Shown: positions 31,510 through 41,286, numbered from the stretch's first letter. The stretch: DNA of 64,000 bases from Magnetococcus sp. MYC-9 (GCA_039908525.1 JAMOAY010000006.1:56562-120561); one strand, 5' to 3'. Translations and numbers: made by a program. The notes: generated from the sequence alone by a model not told the origin.

Positions 31510-32913
31510 ATGACGCATCTGCACATCATCGGTATTTGCGGCACGGCCATGGCCGGTCTGGCCACCATGGCCAAAGAGCAGGGCGTGCAGGTCACGGGCT
31601 CCGACAGCGGCATTTACCCCCCCATGAGCACCCTGCTGGAATCGTTCGCCATCCCGCTCATGGAGGGGTTCCGCCCGGAGAACCTGCTGCCCCGACCCGA
31701 TCTGGTGCTGGTCGGCAATGCCATCTCCCGCGGCAACCCGGAACTGGAGGCGGTACTGGAACAGGGTATTCCCTACCGCTCCGGTGCCCAGTGGCTGTTC
31801 GAACAGGTCCTGGAAGGGCGACATGCCGTGGTGGCCACCGGCACCCATGGCAAGACCACCACCACCAGCCTGCTGGCCTGCATCTGGGAAGAAGCGGGAC
31901 TGCACCCCGGCTTTCTGATCGGTGGCATTCCACTCGATTTCGGTCAGGGCGCCCGCCTGCCCACCGGTCCCTGGGTGATGGTGGAGGGAGACGAATATGA
32001 TACCGCCTTCTTCGACAAACGCCCGAAATTTCTGCATTACCGTCCCAGAACCTTGATCATCAACAACCTGGAGTTTGACCACGCCGACATCTATGCCGAT
32101 CTGGAGGCCATCCGCCGCCAGTTTCGCCTGCTGCTGCGCTCGGTACCCGCTTCCGGCCACCTGATCGTCAACGGCGATGACCCGGAGGTGGAGGCACTGC
32201 TGGCCCATGCCCACAGCCAAGTGTTCCGCTATGGCCTGGCGGCCCACCACCCCTTCCGGGCCACTCTGGAGAGCGACGACGGTCGGCATTGGACCCTGCA
32301 TCGGGAGGGAGAAGCGCTCTTTTCGGTACACTGGAATCTGTTGGGAGTGCACAACGTAACCAACGGTTTGGCGGCGGCCACTGCGGCGTTGGTCAACGAC
32401 ATTCCACCTGCCCAAGTCAGGGCAGGGCTGGAAAGGTTCCAGGGAGTGGCCCGCCGGCTGCAGTTGCGTTTCGAGGTCAACCAGGTGGCGGTCTATGATG
32501 ATTTTGCCCATCATCCCACCGCCATCGCCACCACTCTGGCGGGGATGCGGGCAGCCATTGGCGGAGCCCGTCTGTGGGTGGTGTTGGAGCCCCGCTCCAA
32601 CACCATGCGCGGTCGTGTGCATCAGGAGCGGTTGGCACCGGCCTTTGCGGCGGCCGATCGGGTCATTCTCTGCCATCCGCAAGCCCGGGGCATGGCGGCA
32701 GAGAGGTTGCTGGATGTCGATGCCGTGGTGGCACAACTCAATCAGCGAAACACGACCGACACCTCTCCCGTCGGCAAGGTGGTGGCCGATGCCAACGAGG
32801 CGGTACAGTGGCTGGGTCGCCACTGTCGGCCTGGGGACCATGTGGTGATCATGAGCAACGGCGGGTTCGATGGCATCCACCAAAAGCTGCAACAGGAACT
32901 CCTCCCCCGATGA
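31510..32913 (+). CDS. mpl: Murein peptide ligase (UDP-MurNAc:L-Ala-gamma-D-Glu-mDAP ligase)
   Basis: HIIGICGTAM, YPPMST, GTHGKTTT, EGDEYDTAFFDKRPKF, DDFAHHPTAI, MSNGGF. Confidence 0.95.
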   Translation: MTHLHIIGICGTAMAGLATMAKEQGVQVTGSDSGIYPPMSTLLESFAIPLMEGFRPENLLPRPDLVLVGNAISRGNPELEAVLEQGIPYRSGAQWLFEQVLEGRHAVVATGTHGKTTTTSLLACIWEEAGLHPGFLIGGIPLDFGQGARLPTGPWVMVEGDEYDTAFFDKRPKFLHYRPRTLIINNLEFDHADIYADLEAIRRQFRLLLRSVPASGHLIVNGDDPEVEALLAHAHSQVFRYGLAAHHPFRATLESDDGRHWTLHREGEALFSVHWNLLGVHNVTNGLAAATAALVNDIPPAQVRAGLERFQGVARRLQLRFEVNQVAVYDDFAHHPTAIATTLAGMRAAIGGARLWVVLEPRSNTMRGRVHQERLAPAFAAADRVILCHPQARGMAAERLLDVDAVVAQLNQRNTTDTSPVGKVVADANEAVQWLGRHCRPGDHVVIMSNGGFDGIHQKLQQELLPR

Positions 32914-33497
32914 ACGGAAGACGCCAACCGATACCGACGATGGGACAGGGGCTGGCGGGCAAGTTTTTGATCGCCATGCCGGGTTTGCAGGATCCGAACT
33001 TTGAAAAGGCCGTGTTGTTTGTTTGCACCCACAACAAGGCAGGGGCCCTGGGCCTGGTGATCAACCAGCCCCACATCGCCGAGATGGCCGAAGTCCTGCT
33101 GCCGTTGGGCATGGCGTGGGACCGCCCGGAACCGCCCCAGGTTTTTCAGGGGGGACCGATGGCGATGGACCGGGGTTTCATGCTCTACGAAAGCGACCTG
33201 GACTACCCCGGCCACCTGCGCATCTGCGAAGATCTTTTCCTGGGTACCAATCCTGAAATTTTGCGTCATCTGGTACAGGCAGATGATCGGGGACGCCTTC
33301 TGTTTGCCCTGGGCTACTCGGGCTGGGGCAGCGGACAGTTGGAGATGGAATTGCGGGAGAATGTGTGGCTGGTCAGCGCCCTGGACCGCCGGATCCTGTT
33401 TGATCTGCCGATCCCCTATCGGTGGGAATCGGCCATCCGTCTGCTGGGCGTCGATCCCCGTCATCTGGTGGATCCGGGCCGGGGCTCGGTTCACTAG
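32910..33497 (+). CDS. YqgE/AlgH family protein
   Basis: FLIAMPGLQDPNF, GLVINQP, QGGP, LGYSGWGSGQLEMEL; ATG overlaps the mpl stop. Confidence 0.92.
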   Translation: MNGRRQPIPTMGQGLAGKFLIAMPGLQDPNFEKAVLFVCTHNKAGALGLVINQPHIAEMAEVLLPLGMAWDRPEPPQVFQGGPMAMDRGFMLYESDLDYPGHLRICEDLFLGTNPEILRHLVQADDRGRLLFALGYSGWGSGQLEMELRENVWLVSALDRRILFDLPIPYRWESAIRLLGVDPRHLVDPGRGSVH

Positions 33498-33588
33498 GAA
33501 CTCCACATGAAATTGCAGATCGCCTCTGGGTGAAAGACTCTTTTTGATCTCAAAATTGAGAAACTGCGCATCCCAGGACAGGTACGGT

Positions 33589-34881
33589 TTAGTACAAGCA
33601 TTCACGAACCATACCGAACATGCCAGAGGCAGATGGACGCAGTATCTGTCTATATGCTCTACGTGAATCGGCGTTTGACACAGATATATTTATGCCTAAT
33701 TTATAATTGACGACATCAATTGAGTAAGGCAAAAATTCTTTGGACAGATGCATACGATCATAAAATAAAGACTTGTTGGCAAGCCCATCATCGAGCATCG
33801 TGGCGGACAAGACAGACAATACGGGAACGCCGCTCAATTTACGCAACATCTCTGTAAACATAACAGCTGCATAATTTTTTTCCAATCCTGTTTGTCCGCC
33901 TGCACAAGAGCCAATAGGCGGTCCCCAAACAGCTATTTTATCGTAGACTTGTTTCAATTCTCGGATAAAGGAGATGTAACCGTTGACACTTTCAGTGACG
34001 GTTCCAAGCAGACCAGATTTTCTGGCAGTGGATTTTTTTAAAATATGCCAAGCAATATCGCACGCGCCAAAACTAAGCATGATCCAACCATCAAAACCGT
34101 GAGATAGTGCATGGCGCACACAGTCAAAAGATCTTTCTCTACCCGCATCTCCCTCATTTCGCAAACTCCAGGCATAGGAAGGCCCAACATATTCTGCCAG
34201 AATGCCTGGGATTAAGCTTAAGCCATCCATGTCCCGTCCAGCCCAAAACAAGCTATGACTGTCTCCAATGACTAATAGTGAGGTATGTTTAATTTTTGCA
34301 ACGTTACACTCCCACCTGACAGGTGAAGTGCCATCCCCTACCTTCCAAGTATAGGCCAGCATGATCTCCAACAAAAAACGTTTAATGGAGGCCAAGGAAG
34401 AAGGGTGCCGCACAGCTATGTTGACCATAATGGTCGCAATATAAACAGGCAGCGTCCCAGTTTGTGATAATTCCTGTATAATAGTCTCTGGCGTGGCAGA
34501 AGAAAATCGTTCTTGTATGATTGCGCTGGCACGATCTATGTTTGCGGAGTTATTTTTCGCCCAATTGTATGTCGATTGTAGAAACAAATTCTTATCGTAT
34601 TCTGGGCCCAACCTATCAAGAATGACCGTCGCAAGCTGCGCATGAAAATCACTGGCCGCAGCAAATTTATCGTAAATCTCTTTGTGGGGCTTTTGGTCAA
34701 TCAATCTAAAATTAATATATTCTATTACTGGAATTATCCTATTTACTAGTCGAGCTCTGACGTGCGTGCTGAATCGATGGATCAACTCTTCGCGTGGTAC
34801 TCCTCGGAGCAACATAGTCACCAACCAAGCAACCAAGTCCACGACAGCTACAGGCAATTCTTTTTCCATAGAGCGCGACAT
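33589..34881 (-). CDS. Hypothetical protein: N-terminal helical domain(s) plus C-terminal SGNH/GDSL-like hydrolase
   Basis: 430-aa ORF in AT-rich DNA; SGNH-like blocks VIGDSH, SFGACD, YDRMH; alternative start ATG 34869. Confidence 0.7.
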   Translation of the reverse strand: MSRSMEKELPVAVVDLVAWLVTMLLRGVPREELIHRFSTHVRARLVNRIIPVIEYINFRLIDQKPHKEIYDKFAAASDFHAQLATVILDRLGPEYDKNLFLQSTYNWAKNNSANIDRASAIIQERFSSATPETIIQELSQTGTLPVYIATIMVNIAVRHPSSLASIKRFLLEIMLAYTWKVGDGTSPVRWECNVAKIKHTSLLVIGDSHSLFWAGRDMDGLSLIPGILAEYVGPSYAWSLRNEGDAGRERSFDCVRHALSHGFDGWIMLSFGACDIAWHILKKSTARKSGLLGTVTESVNGYISFIRELKQVYDKIAVWGPPIGSCAGGQTGLEKNYAAVMFTEMLRKLSGVPVLSVLSATMLDDGLANKSLFYDRMHLSKEFLPYSIDVVNYKLGINISVSNADSRRAYRQILRPSASGMFGMVRECLY

Positions 34882-35086
34882 CCTTCAGGCAAAAAGTCAA
34901 CAGGAAAACCATGGATTGGTACATCATACCCGGACAGACCAGCAAAAATTGTAACTGAGTCGCGCACACCCGTTCAATCTCTGTCTCATAATGCTCTGTC
35001 CCATCATGGGGCGTGCTCATCGGAGGTGAACAACAAACAGCCACGCATCCCGGGATCAGGTGCGGTCTAAACCTGCCTGCACACTT

Positions 35087-35309
35087 TTATTTTTCCGAAG
35101 CCTCAAGGATATCCAATAAATCGCCAACGGTTACGATGGATTCCACCTCACTTGGCGCTATTACCACACCGTAGGCTTCCTCAACACCGATTACAAGATT
35201 CATTTGATTGAATGAATCCCAGGCATCCAGTTCCCTGATAACCAATATCTCAACTAAATTAATATTGGCATCCTGAAACGCCTCCTGGAAAATTTTTTCT
35301 TTTTTCCAT
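35087..35309 (-). pseudogene. Acyl carrier protein-like gene with a 1-nt frameshift near the start (missed by the ORF track)
   Basis: Hand translation: EKIFQEAFQDANINLVEILVIRELDAWDSFNQMNLVIGVEEAYGVVIAPSEVESIVTVGDLLDILEASEK*; ATG to TAA spans 223 nt (3n+1); the ATG is out of frame across a G-A6-G-A6 run. Confidence 0.75.
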
Positions 35310-35430
35310 TTCCAAACCCGAAGAGTTATTCGCTGAACGCGACGCCCCCCTGCGAGGGCAAAAAATCAACAACTGTATCGGCTTAGAGTGATAGGGAGTC
35401 TTCGACAACTTCGCCCCGTATACCCCACCC

Positions 35431-35478
35431 GAGGGATTTGCCCTCTGGGCACCCACCGGGGGCCGTGACGGCCCCCGG
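35431..35478 (+). repeat. Divergent member of the double-hairpin repeat family
   Basis: GAGGG-ATTTG-CCCTC TGGGCA CCCA CCGGGGGCCG-TGA-CGGCCCCCGG: same architecture, different stems. Confidence 0.55.
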
Positions 35479-35491
35479 CAAAAAATTTTAC

Positions 35492-35884
35492 TCAGAACGG
35501 CCACACCTTGGCAGACTGCTTTTTCTTCCAGTAGACATAACCGCCTGCGGTCAGCGCAGTGGCCAGCAGGAGCGGTCCCCAGGCACCAAGACCCAGACCC
35601 AACCCCAGACTCAACCCTTTGCCATTCCAGATTGTACCGGCGGCGACCTTGGAACCGGGACCCGCGACGGTGACAAGATTCGGATCCATGCCGGTCACCA
35701 CCACCCCTTTGCCGGTACCTGCACCGATCTGCATCGGTGTGGCGGCCGCAGCGGCCCCTTTGGCGCCAGCCGCCATCTTGGCGGGCACGATCTCCGGCGC
35801 GCTGAACTCGACAAACCCCGGCCCGGCGACTTTCAGGGTCTCTCCTGCCAGCAACTCCACAGCAAAACTTTGAGTAATCGCCAT
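35492..35884 (-). CDS. Mms6/Mms5/MamD-family magnetosome membrane protein-like
   Basis: AGTIWNGKGLSLGLGLGLGAWGPLLL (LG repeat plus TM helix), basic C-terminus; strong [10 protein letters not shown]. Confidence 0.85.
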   Translation of the reverse strand: MAITQSFAVELLAGETLKVAGPGFVEFSAPEIVPAKMAAGAKGAAAAATPMQIGAGTGKGVVVTGMDPNLVTVAGPGSKVAAGTIWNGKGLSLGLGLGLGAWGPLLLATALTAGGYVYWKKKQSAKVWPF

Positions 35885-36029
35885 GATTATTTAAACCTCC
35901 TTATCCAGAAAACGGACCCGAGTGCCTGAGGCACCACCATATAGCCCCCCGACCACTACGCCCGCAGCGTAACATGGACCCCATTCTGTCGCAACGCAGC
36001 AATGCCATTCCATCACAAAAAATTGCCCG

Positions 36030-37805
36030 TCAGGGAATGTTGAGGGAGTCGGCAACCGGTTGCAGTCGCTGCATCTGGCCATTGGCCACCTGGAACAGGT
36101 GATAGAAGCGCCGACTGCGACCATTCTCCAAGAAACGGACCGGCCCATTGGCCCCCTGAAAACCGTTGGCACGGGTCAATCCGCTCTGCCAAGCAATCCC
36201 TCCCTGCCGCTGCTCCTGCAACAACTGGGCGATCACCGCCACGCCGTCGTAGGCCAGGGCGGCCAGAGGGCTGGGATCCTCCTCCCAGCTCTGACGGAAG
36301 GATTGCCGGAACTGCTCCCGGGCTGCCGTGTCCATGTCGCAAAAAATGGCCCCATTCAGGTAGTCTGTCCCCTCACTCAGCAGCTCCGGGCTGTTCCACA
36401 GGGCGGTACCCAGCAGGGTCACCTTGGCCTTCCCGGAACGGACGAGGGCCACCTGCGGTGCGATCAGGCGCACCTGCCTGGCGGGCGCAGGCAGAAACAG
36501 GGCGTCCACCTGGGGGCCCAAGGATTTCAACCAGGGAGAAAAATCGGTGGCTTCCGGGGGGAAATGGTTGCTCTTCACCACTGCCCCTCCCAGTGCCTGC
36601 ACCTCATCTGCAAAACTCTTGGCCACGCCGCGCCCGTACTCCGTCTCCGGTGCCAGGACGGCGATGTGGGCAAATCTTTTCTCCTGTACCGCGTAGCGGG
36701 CCATGATTTTGGCCTGCTGCTCCGGTTGCAGGGCGTTGGAGAACACCCCGGGGTTCGGCGGATCCCCCTCCCGCTGCGGGTTCAGGGTGATGATCGGCAC
36801 ACGACGCGCCACGGCCTCCTCCACCGCAGGCAACACCGTGGCGTAGAACACCGGACCGACGACAACATCGACCTGTTGCCCCAGCAGATCCCGAACGGCG
36901 GCACGTACCGTATCCGCTGTGTCACCGCTGTCGGCGATCTGCAGTTGTATGGAGGCGGCGGGATAGTCGGCCAGGGCCTTCTTGGCGGCACGGCGCAGAT
37001 GCTCGCCCATGCTGGCCGATTTGCCACTCAACGGCAGCAAAAGCCCTACCTTGAGAGCGGCACTGCTTCGTTCACCGACCACAGGCGTGGCAATCGGTGG
37101 TTGTGCCTGCCCGGACGGTGTGAGAAGGGAGGCGGAAGCATCCACCGCAGCGACGGATGGCGCCGTCAGCATGGCCTGCTGGAACAGAGGGGTCAATGAA
37201 GAGCCGGGTGGCTGCAGCTGCAACAACTCCTGAAGCCGGGGCCGGGCTTGCCGCTGCAACAGCTCCTGAAGCCGGCGATGCTGCTGGGCTGTCGGCTCCG
37301 TGTTGGCGATCTCCTGCAAAAAACGCGGGGTGTTATCCCGGTCCCCTTGTTTCAAATAGGACTCAAACAGCAAAACCCAGGCGGTCTCCCCATAGACGAC
37401 CTCTGCCGGGTCCACGCTGCCTTGGGCCACGGGGGCCCACTGTTGCCACGCCTCACGCAGCATGCCCTGGGAAAACAACAGTTGCCCTTGCAGAATGGCC
37501 ACCTCGGCCTGACTCTCCCCCTTGCGAACCTCGCCCTGCGCCGACTGGCCGGCGGAGACTACCGGAACGGCCTCCTTCCCCAGATGGCCTGCCTTGCCGG
37601 CAGCAGGCTCCTGGTTGGCACCCCGCGCAGGCACCAGCTGGGCGGCAGGGACAAGAGGCTTCTGGCCCGCACACCCCCACAGCAGCCCCGCACAGCCCAA
37701 CAGGAGCAAAACCCGCCACCGTACGGACGACCGGTGATGAGAGCAGGATGGCGTTTGGCACAGGATGGGCGTATCCTGTCCGACAGGCGTGGCGTAGTGG
37801 TCCAT
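36030..37805 (-). CDS. LpoA/LppC-like penicillin-binding-protein activator lipoprotein
   Basis: Lipobox LWGC; C-terminal periplasmic-binding type-1 fold (KVGLLLPLSG..LGP..LAYDGV..GANG); divergent from rsmI. True start probably downstream of 37805. Confidence 0.8.
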   Translation of the reverse strand: MDHYATPVGQDTPILCQTPSCSHHRSSVRWRVLLLLGCAGLLWGCAGQKPLVPAAQLVPARGANQEPAAGKAGHLGKEAVPVVSAGQSAQGEVRKGESQAEVAILQGQLLFSQGMLREAWQQWAPVAQGSVDPAEVVYGETAWVLLFESYLKQGDRDNTPRFLQEIANTEPTAQQHRRLQELLQRQARPRLQELLQLQPPGSSLTPLFQQAMLTAPSVAAVDASASLLTPSGQAQPPIATPVVGERSSAALKVGLLLPLSGKSASMGEHLRRAAKKALADYPAASIQLQIADSGDTADTVRAAVRDLLGQQVDVVVGPVFYATVLPAVEEAVARRVPIITLNPQREGDPPNPGVFSNALQPEQQAKIMARYAVQEKRFAHIAVLAPETEYGRGVAKSFADEVQALGGAVVKSNHFPPEATDFSPWLKSLGPQVDALFLPAPARQVRLIAPQVALVRSGKAKVTLLGTALWNSPELLSEGTDYLNGAIFCDMDTAAREQFRQSFRQSWEEDPSPLAALAYDGVAVIAQLLQEQRQGGIAWQSGLTRANGFQGANGPVRFLENGRSRRFYHLFQVANGQMQRLQPVADSLNIP

Positions 37806-37838
37806 TTTTTACCAAGTTTGAGAGTGAATGTGCAAACA

Positions 37839-38738
37839 GTGAGCGTCGGCAAAGTGTACATCGTTCCAACCCCGATCGGCAACCTGGAAGATATGACATT
37901 TCGGGCCGTGCGCGTTTTGCAGAGCGTCACCCGCATTCTGGCCGAGGATACCCGCCACACCCGTATCCTGTGCGCCCATTACGGTATCCAGACCCCCATG
38001 ACCAGTTTCAACGATCACAATGCCGCCCAAAGAGTGCCGGAGATCCTGCGGGCACTCCGCCAGGGGGCAGAGATGGCCCTGGTGACGGATGCAGGCACAC
38101 CGGGCATCAGCGATCCCGGCCTGCCCCTGATACGCGCTGTGGTGGCCGAGTCGATTGCTCTGGAGGTACTGCCTGGCGCCTCGGCGGTGATGACCGCCCT
38201 CTCCGGCTCCGGATTTCCCCTGGACCGTTTCATCTTTGAGGGCTTCCTGCCACGCAAAGGCCGACAACGGGCCGAGCGGTTGGCGCAGATTGCCGCCGAG
38301 GAGCGCACGGTGGTACTGTTTGAATCGCCGGTGCGCCTGCATGCCACCCTGACGGATCTGCAAAAAGTTGGCTGTGAGCAGCGCCCGGCCCTGGTGGCAC
38401 GGGAGTTGACCAAGCTGTTCGAGACTTGGCACCGGGGCAGCGTCATCGAATTGGCGGAGTGGTTCCAAACACACCCGGCACGGGGGGAAATGGTTCTGCT
38501 GCTCCACGGAAGAGAGAGTGCCGCCACATCCCCGGAGGTGGCAGAGGCGTTGCTGGAAAATATTTTGGCCGAGGGGGGCGGCATGAAGGCCGCAACCCAA
38601 CGGATGGCTCAATTGACCGGCCTCTCCAGGGCCCAACTGTACAAAATGGCTCTGGCCAAAAAAAATGCCTGTATGGAAGAGGATGCAGCAAAATCAGGCA
38701 GTCCGGTGCCACCGATGCCAGACAGGACAGAGAGATGA
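37839..38738 (+). CDS. rsmI: 16S rRNA C1402 2'-O-methyltransferase
   Basis: YIVPTPIGNLEDMTFRA, AEDTR, DAGTPGISDPG, FEGFLP, FESPVR, ARELTKLFE; GTG start approximate. Confidence 0.95.
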   Translation: MSVGKVYIVPTPIGNLEDMTFRAVRVLQSVTRILAEDTRHTRILCAHYGIQTPMTSFNDHNAAQRVPEILRALRQGAEMALVTDAGTPGISDPGLPLIRAVVAESIALEVLPGASAVMTALSGSGFPLDRFIFEGFLPRKGRQRAERLAQIAAEERTVVLFESPVRLHATLTDLQKVGCEQRPALVARELTKLFETWHRGSVIELAEWFQTHPARGEMVLLLHGRESAATSPEVAEALLENILAEGGGMKAATQRMAQLTGLSRAQLYKMALAKKNACMEEDAAKSGSPVPPMPDRTER

Positions 38739-39106
38739 CCGATGTACGCAAGCTGTTGGGCACCCAGGCAGAACGGGTTGCGGAACAATATTTGCAGAAG
38801 CAGGGTTATCGCATCCTGGAGCGCAACCTCCGCACCCTGCGCGGGGAACTGGACCTGGTGGCCCTGCACGGAGAGAGTCTGGTCTTTTGTGAGGTAAAAT
38901 CCCGACAGGGCGAGGGAGAGCTCGACCCTGGGCTCTCCCTCCACCGGCGCAAGCAGGCACGTCTGGTGCGCTTGGCGGCGGCCTATCTGCAGCGTCATCC
39001 GGCGCATGCGGAACGTCTCTGCCGCTTTGATGCGGTCCTGGTGTGGAAAAACGGGCCTTCCTGGCGGGTGGAGCTGATTGCCGACGCCTTCCGGCCCGGA
39101 TGGTGA
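38735..39106 (+). CDS. yraN: YraN family protein (UPF0102)
   Basis: GTQAERVAEQYL..GYRILERN..GELDLV..FCEVKSR..RFDAV. Confidence 0.92.
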   Translation: MTDVRKLLGTQAERVAEQYLQKQGYRILERNLRTLRGELDLVALHGESLVFCEVKSRQGEGELDPGLSLHRRKQARLVRLAAAYLQRHPAHAERLCRFDAVLVWKNGPSWRVELIADAFRPGW

Positions 39107-39149
39107 ATGATGACGTGGGGGTGGTCTTATTGTGAGGAGTACACAATTC

Positions 39150-39908
39150 ATGCAAGCAACCGTGTTGCGTCAGGTGGTCTCTCTGTGGGCCCTCTGTTGT
39201 TTGTCCGGCTGCATCCCGGTGGTGGTGGGAGGCGGGGTGGCGGCCACCACCAGCGTGGTGGGCGAGGGGCGGGATCTGACCAGCCAGATGGAGGATTCCT
39301 GGGTGGCCATGAAAATCCGCAGCCGTTTTGTGCAGAACGATCGGGTGCGGGTGGGCAATATCGGCGTCTCGGTCTTCAACGGCAAGGTGCTGTTGACCGG
39401 TTCGGCGATCAATCAGGAAGAGGTGGACGAGGCCGTCCGCATCGCCCGGGAGACCCGAGGGGTGACCGAGGTGCGCTCTGAACTCCGCGTCCAGTATGTC
39501 AGCCCTTCCGAACTGGCCAACGATTCGCTGATCACCAGCAAGGTCAAAAGCCAATTTCTGGTCGATCAGGAGATTCATGGGCTGAACATCCATGTCAAAA
39601 CCACCAAAGGGGTGGTCTATTTGACCGGAGAAGCCCATACCGTCCAGGAAAAGGAGCGGGCCATTCAGGTGGCCCGACAGGTGGCGGATGTGCGTGAGGT
39701 GGTCTCCTACATCGACATCACCCCTGGCGCCTCCGGCCAGGCAGCTTCCCGCGAGTCTGCACCGTTGGCCAACTCCCCCTCCAACCGGTTCGGAACCGGC
39801 GGGGAGTCTGCAGCGGCGCCTGCTGCCACCCTGAGTATAACGCAACCGTCAGGAACCGTGCATGAATCCATCTCCCCCATTGCCCCACCCGGCACCGCGA
39901 CCCCCTGA
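39150..39908 (+). CDS. Dual-BON-domain lipoprotein (DolP/YraP-like)
   Basis: Lipobox LSGC; two BON repeats (EDSWVAMKIRS..GKVLLTG; NDSLITSKVKS..GVVYLTG); GAGGAG RBS before ATG 39150. Confidence 0.88.
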   Translation: MQATVLRQVVSLWALCCLSGCIPVVVGGGVAATTSVVGEGRDLTSQMEDSWVAMKIRSRFVQNDRVRVGNIGVSVFNGKVLLTGSAINQEEVDEAVRIARETRGVTEVRSELRVQYVSPSELANDSLITSKVKSQFLVDQEIHGLNIHVKTTKGVVYLTGEAHTVQEKERAIQVARQVADVREVVSYIDITPGASGQAASRESAPLANSPSNRFGTGGESAAAPAATLSITQPSGTVHESISPIAPPGTATP

Positions 39909-41286
39909 ACGGCTGCCCGCCTTACTGACGGAGCTGGCACGGGCCGTTGGGCCCACCCGTCTGCTCACCGCTGCGGTGGAGCGGGAGGCCTACGCCTGGG
40001 ATAATACCGGTTGCCGCCACCTGCCCTGGGCTGTGGTCCTGGCCGAAAATCGCCTGCAGGTCGAGCAGACCCTGCGCGCGTGCCACGCAGCCGGGGTACC
40101 GGTGATCCCCAGAGGGGCGGGCACCGGCAACGTGGGCGGCGCTTTGGCGGTGCAGGGAGGGATCGTCCTCTCCTTGCAGCGGATGAATCGCATCCTGGAG
40201 GTCTCGGTCGCCGACCGTCTGGCGGTGGTGGAACCGGGTGTTGTCCACGCCACCCTGCAGGCCCACTTGCAACCCCACGGTCTCTGTTGGCCACCGGACC
40301 CCTCCTCCTCCCGCAGCTGTTCCATCGGCGGCAACCTGGCCATGTGCTCAGCCGGCCCCAGCGCCGTGCGCCACGGTGTCAGCCGAGACTGGGTGCTGGG
40401 GGTGGAGGCGGTCCTGGCCGACGGCACCCCCTTTCGTACCGGAGGTCGCACCACCAAAGGGGTGGTCGGCTATGACATGACCCGCCTGTTGATCGGTTCC
40501 GAAGGCACCCTGGCGGTGATCACCCAGGCCACTCTGAAACTGGCTCCCATCCCGGAAGCACGCCGCCTGCTGCGGGCCATCTTTCCCTCTGTCGCCGAGG
40601 CCACCCGCGGGGTATGCGCCCTGATGGCAGAAGGGGATCCCCCGGCGGCCATTGAATTCCTGGATGAGTCGGCATTGGATCTGCTGCGGCAGAATGGCGC
40701 CCTCTCTCTGCCGGCAGGTGGACGGGCCATGTTGCTGCTGGAGGTGGCAGGTAGCGCAGACTCCATCGACACCCTGGCCGCATCCGTCCGGCGCCGTCTG
40801 GCACCCCTTGAACTGGTGGAACTGCTCCAGGCCGGGCCGGAAGATGCCGCTTCCGTATGGGCCGCCCGGTACGCCCTCTCCCCCACCCTGAAAAAATTGG
40901 CCCCCAAACGGATCAACGAGGACGTGGTGGTTCCGGTCTCCCGCCTGCCCGAACTGATGGAAGGGGTGGCCCGGATCTCCAGGCAGCAGCAAATCCCCAT
41001 CGTCAACTTCGGCCATGCAGGGAACGGCAATATTCACGTCAACCTGCTGGTGGACCCGGCCAATGGACCGCAGATGGCCATGGTGCCCTCTGCGCTGGAA
41101 CAGATCTTCCGGCTGGTGCTGGATCTGGGAGGCAGTCTGTCCGGCGAGCATGGTATCGGCATTCAAAAACAGCCCTTTCTGACCTGGGAACTGGACCCCA
41201 CTGCGCTCATGCTGCAGCGGCGCATCAAGGCCGTCTTTGATCCCAAAGCCATTTTGAACCCTGGAAAAATCTTTCCGGAACCGTAA
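39862..41286 (+). CDS. glcD: FAD-linked oxidase, GlcD/D-lactate dehydrogenase family
   Basis: PRGAGTGNVGG, PPDPSS..SIGGN, TTKGVVGYD, FGHAGNGNIH, SGEHGIG. Confidence 0.88.
   Translation: MNPSPPLPHPAPRPPERLPALLTELARAVGPTRLLTAAVEREAYAWDNTGCRHLPWAVVLAENRLQVEQTLRACHAAGVPVIPRGAGTGNVGGALAVQGGIVLSLQRMNRILEVSVADRLAVVEPGVVHATLQAHLQPHGLCWPPDPSSSRSCSIGGNLAMCSAGPSAVRHGVSRDWVLGVEAVLADGTPFRTGGRTTKGVVGYDMTRLLIGSEGTLAVITQATLKLAPIPEARRLLRAIFPSVAEATRGVCALMAEGDPPAAIEFLDESALDLLRQNGALSLPAGGRAMLLLEVAGSADSIDTLAASVRRRLAPLELVELLQAGPEDAASVWAARYALSPTLKKLAPKRINEDVVVPVSRLPELMEGVARISRQQQIPIVNFGHAGNGNIHVNLLVDPANGPQMAMVPSALEQIFRLVLDLGGSLSGEHGIGIQKQPFLTWELDPTALMLQRRIKAVFDPKAILNPGKIFPEP

Noticed and set aside
34682-35070. Short ORFs (90-102 aa) between the SGNH gene and the ACP
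   Set aside because: No motifs or RBS; they overlap the SGNH gene start in several frames.
35292-35309. Programmed -1 frameshift (A6G) to express the ACP
   Set aside because: The required shift is +1 and the A6G is not phased as A-AAA-AAG; slippage is unsupported.
35456-35490. Rho-independent terminator after the Mms6-like gene
   Set aside because: The T-run precedes the hairpin on the coding strand; better explained as a repeat-family variant.
35989-36007. Sigma54 promoter for the Mms6-like gene (TGGCATTGCTGCGTTGC, minus strand)
   Set aside because: GG-to-GC spacing is 12 nt rather than the required 10.
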